DNA from: Acaryochloris marina S15
Lineage (GTDB): Bacteria > Cyanobacteriota > Cyanobacteriia > Thermosynechococcales > Thermosynechococcaceae
Length of the DNA stretch: 24,000 nucleotides
Assembly (NCBI RefSeq): GCF_018336915.1
Contig: NZ_CP064923.1
Location: 63,693 to 87,692, forward strand
Direction: 5' to 3'
Position numbers and translations under genes: made by a program. Every line of letters begins with the position of its first letter. The stretch's first letter is position 1. This document shows, in pieces, positions 6,457 to 14,188 of this stretch. The notes beneath the pieces were generated by a model. It was not told the origin of the DNA. It was given only the letters and a program-made list of their open reading frames with translations, and did not search any database.

Positions 6457-7479
6457 ATGACGACAGCATCCATGATTAGAGCTTATGCTGCTGCCGAGGT
6501 CGGCGGTAATCTAACGCCATTTGAGTACAAGCCAGATCCACTAAAGGATACAGATGTTGAGATCGATGTTGAGTATTGTGGCCTTTGCCACAGCGATCTG
6601 AGTATGTTGGACAACGAATGGGGAATTACCCAATATCCCTTTGTTCCTGGTCATGAAGTGATTGGACGAGTGGCTAAGCTCGGTTCTGCGGTTAAATCTC
6701 TTCACGTTGGCCAGCAAGTGGGCTTGGGATGGTTTTCCAGTTCTTGTATGACCTGTGAATGGTGTCTTTCTGGGAATCACAATCTTTGCCCCAGCCGAGA
6801 AGAAACCATCGTTAATCGACATGGCGGTTTTGCGGATAAGGTGCGCGCCCATGAAGTATGGACTGTTCCTCTCCCTGAAGGGATTGATGCGGTCAAAGCA
6901 GGTCCCCTATTCTGTGGCGGCATTACTGTTTTTAATCCCCTTATTCAGTTGGGAATACAGCCAACAGACAAAGTTGGGGTCATTGGCATTGGTGGATTGG
7001 GGCATATGGCACTAAAGTTCTTGCGTGCTTGGGGGTGTGAAGTCACCGCTTTTTCATCGAGTCCTGAAAAAACGGCTGAAGCAAAAGCGATGGGGGCGCA
7101 TTATGTTGTCAACTCACGTGAGCCTGACGCACTGAAAGCGGTCGCCAATTCCTTTGATGTGATTCTTTCTACCGTCAGCGCCGATTTAGACTGGAGCATT
7201 TATATCGAGGCCCTGCGTCCTCAAGGCAAGATCCACTTTGTTGGCATCCCACCCTCCCCTTTGAGTACCTCCTTATTTTCGATTATTGATGCACAGCGGT
7301 CGGTGTCAGGATCACCGTTGGGCAGTCCGGCAACCGTGCAGAAAATGCTCAATTTTTCTCAACGTCACAGCATTGAACCCGTTATTGAAACGTTTCCCTT
7401 TAGCCAAGTCAATGAAGCCATAGACCGGCTCCGTCACGGGAAGCCACGTTATCGGATTGTATTAGTACCAGACTCATAG
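6457..7479 (+). CDS. adhA: NADP-dependent zinc alcohol dehydrogenase / aldehyde reductase, cinnamyl-ADH family (Synechocystis Slr1192 AdhA / E. coli YahK type)
   Basis: GLCHSDLSMLDNEWG, PGHEVIGRVAKLGSAV, the structural-zinc cluster CMTCEWCLSGNHNLC and GIGGLGHMALKF are present. There is strong similarity along the full length to Slr1192, recalled from memory. AGGAGA lies 5 nt upstream. Confidence 0.9.
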   Translation: MTTASMIRAYAAAEVGGNLTPFEYKPDPLKDTDVEIDVEYCGLCHSDLSMLDNEWGITQYPFVPGHEVIGRVAKLGSAVKSLHVGQQVGLGWFSSSCMTCEWCLSGNHNLCPSREETIVNRHGGFADKVRAHEVWTVPLPEGIDAVKAGPLFCGGITVFNPLIQLGIQPTDKVGVIGIGGLGHMALKFLRAWGCEVTAFSSSPEKTAEAKAMGAHYVVNSREPDALKAVANSFDVILSTVSADLDWSIYIEALRPQGKIHFVGIPPSPLSTSLFSIIDAQRSVSGSPLGSPATVQKMLNFSQRHSIEPVIETFPFSQVNEAIDRLRHGKPRYRIVLVPDS

Positions 7480-7523
7480 CGTTGGATGGAGTACAGGACT
7501 AGGACGACCTAAAAATGCTATTT

Positions 7524-9128
7524 CTATGGACTATCGTCGTTAGGAGTCGGGGCGGTAGGGGTAGGCGGCGGCACCGGAATCACAACGGGAGATTGTATCG
7601 GCGATGGCTCTGGACTAGGGCTGAGAGTTGGTTCTTCTGGCTGTGTGGGGTCTGGGCTGGGACTGGGGTCCGGCTCTAATGTAGGTTCAGGTGGTTCCGT
7701 GGGGGTGGGAGTGGGTGCAGGGCGCTCCAAGTCTGCAATTTTGCGTTTGGCTGCGAAGTAGATGGGATCGGCTCGCCTATCCCAGTAAGGATTTTGGGGC
7801 AATTTAAACGCTAAGTCTCGGGCAACATACCAGCGTTTACCATCAAAGGCTGTTTTAGCACGATTGAATAGGTCTTGTTGTTGTTGCCATGTCGTTTGCC
7901 AGGTCTGGACTTGGGTTTGGGCGGCTTCAGCACTGTCGCTGTTGCTGGGGATTTGGTTTGCGATCGCAATTGCTGCATCTAAATCCCCAGACTGTCGCGC
8001 TTCTTGCTGAGCCTGCTCTAGGAGCGTCGCACCATTATCTACATTGGCGACCGGTTGGAGAAACGGGAATAGTTCATCCGTTACTCCCCAGTAGGTGAGG
8101 CCAACCATGCCTAAACCCATGACCAAGGCCATAGCGCCGAAGCCGAACACCCAGGGGGCACAGCCTGAAGATTTCGCGACCGGCGGGGATGGGCGCTGCT
8201 GTGGACGGGGGGGGGTGGGTGTGGCAACGACTTGGGTGGGTTCTATGGCTGATATTGCTGGTTCTACGGGAGGTGTGAAGGGTTTAGGAGAGGGCTGTAC
8301 GGAGGTTTGATCGATGGTCTGATGGAGTGCTTGTAAAGCATCAGCAGCAGTTTGGTAGCGCAATTTAAAATAGGGGCGCACCATTTGAGTAAGGACCTGG
8401 GCCAATTCATCACTCACCGCCGCCTGATCTCGCCAAACTAGCTCGCCGTCTACATCTTCTTGGAATTGGGAGGGGGGTCTGCCCGTCAGGGCCTGAATAC
8501 CGATAATTCCGAGAGAATACAGGTCGCTATTGGGACGCGGCTTCCCTTGGCTTTGCTCACTGGCCATATATCCGGGGGTGCCCACGACCACGGTGATATT
8601 GGTTTGTGGATTAGTGACTAGGCCTTGATTGCGCACCTGTTTGACCGACCCAAAGTCGACCAAGACCAGCTTCTGATCGGCTCGGCGACGGATAATATTC
8701 TCAGGTTTAATATCGCGATGAATCACCCCTTGGCCATGAATAAATTCCAAGACTTCGAGCACTTCGGACAGCAGCGATTGCACCTGCGACTCTGGCCATT
8801 GTTCTCCCGCCGCCAGTTCATCCGTGAGGGGAGCCCCATCAATCAGTTCTTGGACGAGGAAAAAGTCTTGATCTTGCTCAAAGAAGGCGAGTAGCCGGGG
8901 AATTTGATGGTGGTGGCCTAACTGTTCTAAGGTTTCCGCTTCACTGCGGAATAGGCGACGAGCCACTTCCAAAAACTCTGGATCGCTGCTAGCGGGCTGC
9001 AGCAATTTAACCACACAAGACGGATTGCCGGGGCGTCTTGTATCCTCAGCAATATAGGTTTGTCCAAAGCCTCCTTCCCCGAGAGACTGTACGATGCGAT
9101 AACGCCCATCCAACGTTTGCCCAATCAT
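7524..9128 (-). CDS. Membrane-anchored Hanks-type Ser/Thr protein kinase with a C-terminal extracytoplasmic domain and a proline-rich tail
   Basis: Kinase motifs present are GEGGFGQTY, VVKLL, HRDIKPENI, DFG and GTPGYMASE. One hydrophobic segment, APWVFGFGAMALVMGLGMVGLTYWGV, follows. The C-terminal ~70 residues are P/T/S/E-rich. Confidence 0.9.
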   Translation of the reverse strand: MIGQTLDGRYRIVQSLGEGGFGQTYIAEDTRRPGNPSCVVKLLQPASSDPEFLEVARRLFRSEAETLEQLGHHHQIPRLLAFFEQDQDFFLVQELIDGAPLTDELAAGEQWPESQVQSLLSEVLEVLEFIHGQGVIHRDIKPENIIRRRADQKLVLVDFGSVKQVRNQGLVTNPQTNITVVVGTPGYMASEQSQGKPRPNSDLYSLGIIGIQALTGRPPSQFQEDVDGELVWRDQAAVSDELAQVLTQMVRPYFKLRYQTAADALQALHQTIDQTSVQPSPKPFTPPVEPAISAIEPTQVVATPTPPRPQQRPSPPVAKSSGCAPWVFGFGAMALVMGLGMVGLTYWGVTDELFPFLQPVANVDNGATLLEQAQQEARQSGDLDAAIAIANQIPSNSDSAEAAQTQVQTWQTTWQQQQDLFNRAKTAFDGKRWYVARDLAFKLPQNPYWDRRADPIYFAAKRKIADLERPAPTPTPTEPPEPTLEPDPSPSPDPTQPEEPTLSPSPEPSPIQSPVVIPVPPPTPTAPTPNDDSP

Positions 9129-9132
9129 GTTG

Positions 9133-10056
9133 TTAGTAAAACTTTAGCCATCCATGCCCAGCATAGCGGGGAGGAAAGATATGGGGATGAAATATCTCGG
9201 CTAAAAGTTCCATGGAATCCACTAAACGGGGGCCAGGGCGATTGAAATATTGGTTGCCATCCGTGAGATACACTTGCTGGTTCTGCACGGCTTTCAACTG
9301 TTGCCATTGGGGCTTTTGGGCCAGTTCTTGGGTGGCCTGGGCCGTTTGCTCCAGATTAAAACCACAGGGCATACAAACAATGATGTCTGGATTGGCTACG
9401 AGCAGTTGCTCCCAGGTTAACCAACTGGAATGTTGACCAACGGTTCCTAAACACGGGACTCCTCCCGCTAGATCCACCAGCTCTGGCACCCAATTGCCCG
9501 CAATCATCAGTGGATCGGTCCATTCAATGCAGGCTACGGTGGGTCGATGCTCAAGGTCTTGAAGCTGCTGCTGACAGTTTTTGATGCGGGTTTGGAGCTG
9601 CTGAACGATGGATTGGCTGTCGTATCCGAGTGCGATCGCAACGCGTTCCATATCTTGCCAAACATGGGCCAACAGGCTGGGCTGCAGTGAAATCACTTGA
9701 GTCGTTTGATCCGTGATCTGAGTGAGAGCCTGCTCAACATCGGCTAGGCTCACCGCACAGACTTCACATTGGGCTTGGGTGACAATATGCGTGGGCTGTA
9801 GATCTTTTAGCTGATCTAAATCCAGACGATAGATACCTAGTGCCGACTGCAGCAGCTCTGTCACCTGATCATGGATAACGCGACTGGGCCGATCGGAATT
9901 CAGATTGGCTGCGGTGCAAACCGGTAGATCTTGCACCCGCTCAGGATAGTCACATTCATGGGAGCGGCCCACCAAATAGCCACCGCATCCCAAAGCTGCC
10001 ACGATTTCCGTCGCACTCGGAATTAAAGAAATAATCCGCAGGTCTGACCGGGACAT
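9133..10056 (-). CDS. BtuF/TroA-like (class III periplasmic-binding-protein fold) 'cobalamin-binding protein' homolog without a signal peptide
   Basis: The conserved core begins at residue 7 (RIISLIPSATEIVAALG...LVGRSHECDYP). There is no N-terminal hydrophobic region or lipobox. Its stop is 4 nt from the kinase ATG. Confidence 0.8.
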   Translation of the reverse strand: MSRSDLRIISLIPSATEIVAALGCGGYLVGRSHECDYPERVQDLPVCTAANLNSDRPSRVIHDQVTELLQSALGIYRLDLDQLKDLQPTHIVTQAQCEVCAVSLADVEQALTQITDQTTQVISLQPSLLAHVWQDMERVAIALGYDSQSIVQQLQTRIKNCQQQLQDLEHRPTVACIEWTDPLMIAGNWVPELVDLAGGVPCLGTVGQHSSWLTWEQLLVANPDIIVCMPCGFNLEQTAQATQELAQKPQWQQLKAVQNQQVYLTDGNQYFNRPGPRLVDSMELLAEIFHPHIFPPRYAGHGWLKFY

Positions 10057-10066
10057 TCAGGGTCCC

Positions 10067-10285
10067 TTACTCAATCGTGATGGACTGAGGTCCGCCACCA
10101 TTTTGATTGGAAGAGTGGTCGGTAGATGAAGAATAATCGTGGGGTCCGCCCTTTTTATCTAACCAACTTTTGACGGGATCGTCATTGAGATCTAGGCGGA
10201 AGAGACCTGAAGCAAACCCTCCCATAAAGGCGACGGGTTTACTCACAAATTCTTGAAATAGGGGCGTTAATTCGTCCAAAAACAT
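10067..10285 (-). CDS. Small hypothetical protein (72 aa) with a structured N-terminal half and a Ser/Gly/Asn-rich tail
   Basis: The ORF's stop is 10 nt upstream of the binding-protein ATG, which suggests co-transcription. I recognise no family. Confidence 0.55.
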   Translation of the reverse strand: MFLDELTPLFQEFVSKPVAFMGGFASGLFRLDLNDDPVKSWLDKKGGPHDYSSSTDHSSNQNGGGPQSITIE

Positions 10286-10364
10286 CTACGTGTCTCATGC
10301 AGGTTACTACTGTAATGGTAACGCGACACCCCAGATCCATTGCCGCTAATTTGTAGTCCTTGAT

Positions 10365-10751
10365 TTAAGCGGCCTGCTGGTGTTGAGCGCGATAGACCTG
10401 TGAGTAGGTATTAATTAAAGGCATGCCGTAAGCAGACACTACATGAAAGGCCTGATTGTGGGTATAGAGTTGAGACTGCACATAGGGACTTTGGGCAATG
10501 AGGGCACAGGCTCGTTCAGGAGACTCGCCTTGAATTAAAGCTTCTGCTAAGACACCCCTGTCGAGAGTTTCTCCCATATCTGGATACAAAGACACAATGG
10601 AATAATACTCGTCATAGGTAGACCCTAGGCAAAGACACCCAAGATCTTGATGTGCTGCATGGGCGAGTTCAACGTAGCGATTCCGAATGGTTGAGCAGGA
10701 TGGTGTCTGGGTATCAAGCACGGAAGCCTCCTCAAGGGTGCAGGTGATCAT
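10365..10751 (-). CDS. Hypothetical protein (128 aa), no recognisable domain
   Basis: An uninterrupted ORF with an ordinary amino-acid composition, in the same orientation as its neighbours. No Shine-Dalgarno sequence is seen. Confidence 0.5.
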   Translation of the reverse strand: MITCTLEEASVLDTQTPSCSTIRNRYVELAHAAHQDLGCLCLGSTYDEYYSIVSLYPDMGETLDRGVLAEALIQGESPERACALIAQSPYVQSQLYTHNQAFHVVSAYGMPLINTYSQVYRAQHQQAA

Positions 10752-10809
10752 TAGGGCTTATTGATTTGAAGCAAAATTAGGGAAGGATAGTTATCCCCAG
10801 TGAAGAACA

Positions 10810-10853
10810 ACTATCCCTGAGTGCAAGTGAGACTATCTCTGAGTGCAAGTGAG
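10810..10853. repeat. Tandem direct repeat, 2 x 22 bp (ACTATCYCTGAGTGCAAGTGAG)
   Basis: 10810-10831 and 10832-10853 differ at one base. An inverted copy of the first 8 nt (GGATAGTT, 10785-10792) pairs with AACTATCC (10809-10816). Confidence 0.9.
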
Positions 10854-10994
10854 GTTTAATCACTTAAGATAGCCATGGGTCTAATGTCGCAGTTCTGACT
10901 CAGGCTTGACATGGTAAAACTACCGAAGTCTACGGGGCAAAAATAGCGTTCCAAATTTCGCCGATGGTCAGCTGTCAGAGGCTTTCCGTAATCT

Positions 10995-11008
10995 CCGTAT
11001 ATATACGG
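10995..11008. repeat. Perfect 14-bp palindrome CCGTATATATACGG
   Basis: Read directly. It lies about 30 nt downstream of the MFS stop on the minus strand. It could be a weak terminator hairpin or a dimeric-protein operator. Confidence 0.8.
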
Positions 11009-11036
11009 TTGTTTTGATCAGATTTTGCTTCAAGAG

Positions 11037-12479
11037 TTACTGCTCATCCATGACATCCATTTGAGGTGGAGCATGATCGGCAGAGGTCTCTAGTCCCAAG
11101 CGTTTTTCTCGTAATTTCAACAAGATCTCGGCATGCACTTCCCGTGAAATGGGATAGAAATAGGCCAGCAGTAAGCCAATCAATAAAATTAAGGTGGGGA
11201 GGGGGCCAATGGCAATCCGAATCGCTAGTAGGGCTGAATCGGGCTGTACCGGCAGTGCTTGCCCCGGCGTTGAGGAAATAAATCCGGTATTTTCCAAGGC
11301 GATTCCGACGACAAATAGGCCCAATGCCAGACCCATTTTTTGGAGTAGCACCATAAACGCATAAAAGATGCCTTCCCGGCGCTCGCCTGTTTTCAGCTCA
11401 TCTAGCTCAATCACATCAGGCAGCATGGACCAAGGAATCAGATAGGCGGTGGCTACCCCTACACCGGCCATCATACTCAGTAAATATAGACCGACAATCT
11501 GGCCGGGTTGGAGAAAGAATAACCCGCTTTGGGCAATAATCCACAGGGACATGCCCATGAAATAAACCATTCGCTTGCCGATTCTCTCACTGACATTGCT
11601 CCATACAAACAACATGACGATGGCGACGACTTGAACGAGCAGGGCGACCTGAAAATAGGCATCCTGCTTCATCCAACTCGTGACGTAATAAGGAATAATG
11701 GCAGCCGTAAGTTGAAAGGCTAGCCAGGAACACATATAAATGCCAATGACGAATAAAAATGGGCGGTTAGATAACGCTATTTTTACCTGTTCCAGAACGG
11801 GCATGGCTTCAGGTATTTCAGCGGTATAGCGTTCTTCCGTTCCCCACACGCACCAATAGATGGGTAAGACCGATAAAATTGCACATCCTAGACCAATGAC
11901 AAAATATTGCTGGCTGGGATCTTCGACCCATTGAGAGATGAGTATACCTAGTACCAAAGCTAGGATACTCCCACCGATGGAGAAGGCAAATCGAAAGCTG
12001 TTTAGACTGGTCCGTTCGTTATAATCCTGGGTTAATTCAGGTGTGAGGGCTGTATAGGGTAAATTCACCGCAGTGAATGCGATGTTAAAAAACACAGCAA
12101 TCAGCGTGTAGTAAATAAATAAACCCCATTGATTGATCTCCGCATTGGCGGAAAAGTGAGGCACAACCCACTGCAAGACAAAAAATAAACCGAAGGGAAT
12201 GGATCCAAATAGCATCCAAGAATGACGGCGTCCCCACCGAGATTTTGTCCGATCGCTTAAGACCCCAATGATGGGATCGTTAATGGCATCACTGATTTTG
12301 CCAATTAAGAGAACAGTTCCTGCTAGACCTGGATTGAGACCAGCCACATTGGTGAGAAAGATGAGTAGCGAAAAAACCAGGAGTGTAGCCGTAATTCCTG
12401 GCCCCATATCTCCTGCACCATAGGCCAACTTGGTCTTGAAACTTAATTTTCCAGAATCGGGAGATATGGGGTCATTCAT
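11037..12479 (-). CDS. MFS transporter, glycoside-pentoside-hexuronide (GPH):cation symporter family (MelB-like)
   Basis: The motif DAINDPIIGVLSDRTKSRWGRRHSWM is the GPH loop 2-3 signature D-x-x-x-G-x-x-SDR-T-x-x-x-GRR. About 12 hydrophobic segments are present. Confidence 0.9.
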   Translation of the reverse strand: MNDPISPDSGKLSFKTKLAYGAGDMGPGITATLLVFSLLIFLTNVAGLNPGLAGTVLLIGKISDAINDPIIGVLSDRTKSRWGRRHSWMLFGSIPFGLFFVLQWVVPHFSANAEINQWGLFIYYTLIAVFFNIAFTAVNLPYTALTPELTQDYNERTSLNSFRFAFSIGGSILALVLGILISQWVEDPSQQYFVIGLGCAILSVLPIYWCVWGTEERYTAEIPEAMPVLEQVKIALSNRPFLFVIGIYMCSWLAFQLTAAIIPYYVTSWMKQDAYFQVALLVQVVAIVMLFVWSNVSERIGKRMVYFMGMSLWIIAQSGLFFLQPGQIVGLYLLSMMAGVGVATAYLIPWSMLPDVIELDELKTGERREGIFYAFMVLLQKMGLALGLFVVGIALENTGFISSTPGQALPVQPDSALLAIRIAIGPLPTLILLIGLLLAYFYPISREVHAEILLKLREKRLGLETSADHAPPQMDVMDEQ

Positions 12480-12610
12480 GGCGTTGCAAGATCATCTATG
12501 ACCTCCAATTGTGCCCTACTCCTTGTCCATTGCCATAACTTCTCATCAAAATCTCATCCAAGCTCTTCTGGAGAGTGGCCTACTGTACCTATTGGCAGGA
12601 GTGTTAAGCC

Positions 12611-12868
12611 TTAAAACTCTGTTTCATCTCCCAGTTCTTCGATTAGGAGTTCCATTTGGCCTTGTCGATCGGCTAAGAAGGCCTCACATTGGCGTAGATA
12701 AGTAATGGCGGCTGCAAAGCGCTCAAAGACATCGGCCAAATCCAACTGCCCCGTCTCAATTTCAGTGATAATCGTTTCGACTTCGCGGATGGTCTCTTCA
12801 TACCGCCAGTCAGCGGGGAGTTCAGCCCCGCTTGGAGTAGTCGATGTATCGCTGTTACCTTGCATCAT
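12611..12868 (-). CDS. xseB: Exodeoxyribonuclease VII small subunit
   Basis: EETIREVETIITEIETGQLDLADVFERFAAAITYLRQCEAFL is typical XseB coiled-coil sequence. The start is taken at the Met-Met pair (12868/12865), which overlaps the xseA 3' end by about 14 nt. The ORF-track start at 12904 is less likely. Confidence 0.85.
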   Translation of the reverse strand: MMQGNSDTSTTPSGAELPADWRYEETIREVETIITEIETGQLDLADVFERFAAAITYLRQCEAFLADRQGQMELLIEELGDETEF

Positions 12869-14129
12869 CCGATTCCTGGGGTGAGGACTGCAACGCCGTG
12901 ACACGAGCAGTAAAGTGGCCTTCTGCTAACTCTACCTTGAGTTCTTGATCGACCTGTAAATGTTCTGTACTCCGGACAATTTGATGGTCCGTGGTTTGGA
13001 CGAGGGCATATCCCCGTTTAAGAACTTGGGTGGGGTCTAGAGAAGTGAGCTGTTGCTGTAACAGCTGTTGATGCTGCTGAGCCTGTCCCAACCGCTGTTT
13101 GATGGTGTGGAGGAGATGGTTTTGTAATCGCGATCGCAATACCTGTTCCCGTTCCAACTGCCGATCCATCTGCAACCGCCGTAAGCGCGTTTTTTGATAC
13201 AGCAAGTGCTCATGGGCCACATCGAGCTGGCGAGTGAGAGTGATATATAGGCGAGCAATAGAATTGCGATAATCCTTTTGCCAGTCTGTTAAGCGCGGAA
13301 TACACTCAGCCGCTGCTGTAGGAGTATGGGCGCAAACATCTGCCACCAGGTCGGCCAGGGTCTCATCTCGCTGATGGCCAATGCCAGAAATAACGGGAAT
13401 GGGGCATTCTGCAATCGCCCGCACCACCCGCTCATCATTAAAACAGACTAAGTCTTCTGTTGCGCCTCCACCTCTGGCCACAATCAAGACATCGGCTCTA
13501 CCGTCCTTAATTACCCGTTCAATGGCCAGCACGATCGCTTCTGGTGCTTGTTTGCCCTGGACTTTAGTTGGTGAGAACAGCACCTTCAACCCGGGATGCT
13601 GGGCCTTCAGAGTGCGTTTGATATCACCCCAAGCCGCAGCTTGATGGGAGGTTACCACCCCGACCGTTTGGGGATAAGCAGGGAGGGCTTGCTTTTGAAG
13701 CGGATCAAAGAGGCCTTCAAGGGTTAAGCGTTCCCGGAGTTGCTGGTAGCGCAGGGAACGTAACCCTTCTCCAGCGGGAAATAATTGCCAGGCCATCAGC
13801 TGATACTGGCCCCGTTGTGGGTACAAGCGAATACGGCCTAAGGCCAGAATCTGCTCACCTACCTCCGGTTCAATGACGAGTTGCTCACAGTAGCTATTCC
13901 AAATCACACAGTGAATGGAGACGGATTCCTGCTGATCCTGGAGGGTAAAAAAGAAGCCACTGCGATGTCGGACGGCGCTGGATACCTCTCCTTCCACCCA
14001 AACCTGGACTAAGGTTTGATCTTCTTCGAGTAGTGCTTGAATATAATCCGTTAACCCTTTAACGGACAATACCTCAGGTGGAACTAATAAATTGGGCTGA
14101 TAGGATGTCATCGCAGGTTTCTCGTTCAA
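12855..14129 (-). CDS. xseA: Exodeoxyribonuclease VII large subunit
   Basis: An N-terminal OB-fold region is followed by GVVTSHQAAAWGDI, IVARGGGATEDL and PVISGIGHQRDETLADLVAD, then a long C-terminal coiled coil. Confidence 0.9.
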   Translation of the reverse strand: MNEKPAMTSYQPNLLVPPEVLSVKGLTDYIQALLEEDQTLVQVWVEGEVSSAVRHRSGFFFTLQDQQESVSIHCVIWNSYCEQLVIEPEVGEQILALGRIRLYPQRGQYQLMAWQLFPAGEGLRSLRYQQLRERLTLEGLFDPLQKQALPAYPQTVGVVTSHQAAAWGDIKRTLKAQHPGLKVLFSPTKVQGKQAPEAIVLAIERVIKDGRADVLIVARGGGATEDLVCFNDERVVRAIAECPIPVISGIGHQRDETLADLVADVCAHTPTAAAECIPRLTDWQKDYRNSIARLYITLTRQLDVAHEHLLYQKTRLRRLQMDRQLEREQVLRSRLQNHLLHTIKQRLGQAQQHQQLLQQQLTSLDPTQVLKRGYALVQTTDHQIVRSTEHLQVDQELKVELAEGHFTARVTALQSSPQESDDAR

Positions 14130-14188
14130 TCGATAGAACTATAGAGCAGACCATCCAGCTTTCTGTCCCCCATGACATCTGGTTTGAA

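Larger units (their letters stand above)
10766..11033. repeat. 268-bp intergenic segment bounded by perfect 12-bp inverted repeats TTGAAGCAAAAT / ATTTTGCTTCAA. It could be a MITE-like insertion or a long-range RNA stem.
   Basis: The arms at 10766-10777 and 11022-11033 were read directly. They fill almost the whole gap between the MFS stop (11037) and the next ATG (10751). No obvious target-site duplication is present. Confidence 0.5.

Noticed and set aside
1-7479. An integron-like gene cassette array, suggested by unidirectional small genes separated by a recurring element
   Set aside because: No intI integrase or attI is in view. The recurring hairpins are 19-20 nt, far shorter than attC sites. 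They lack the paired R''/L''-L'/R' architecture and the GTTRRRY core at the boundaries. Several gene junctions carry no repeat at all.
10286-10364. A cobalamin riboswitch ahead of the operon containing the BtuF-like gene
   Set aside because: The spacer is only 79 nt, too short for the riboswitch. It also lacks the B12-box.
10810-10853. A possible CRISPR array or minisatellite, raised by this tandem repeat and by the one at 19730-19773
   Set aside because: There are only two abutting copies with no spacers, no cas genes, and the repeat is not palindromic. Operator-type direct repeats are the simpler explanation.
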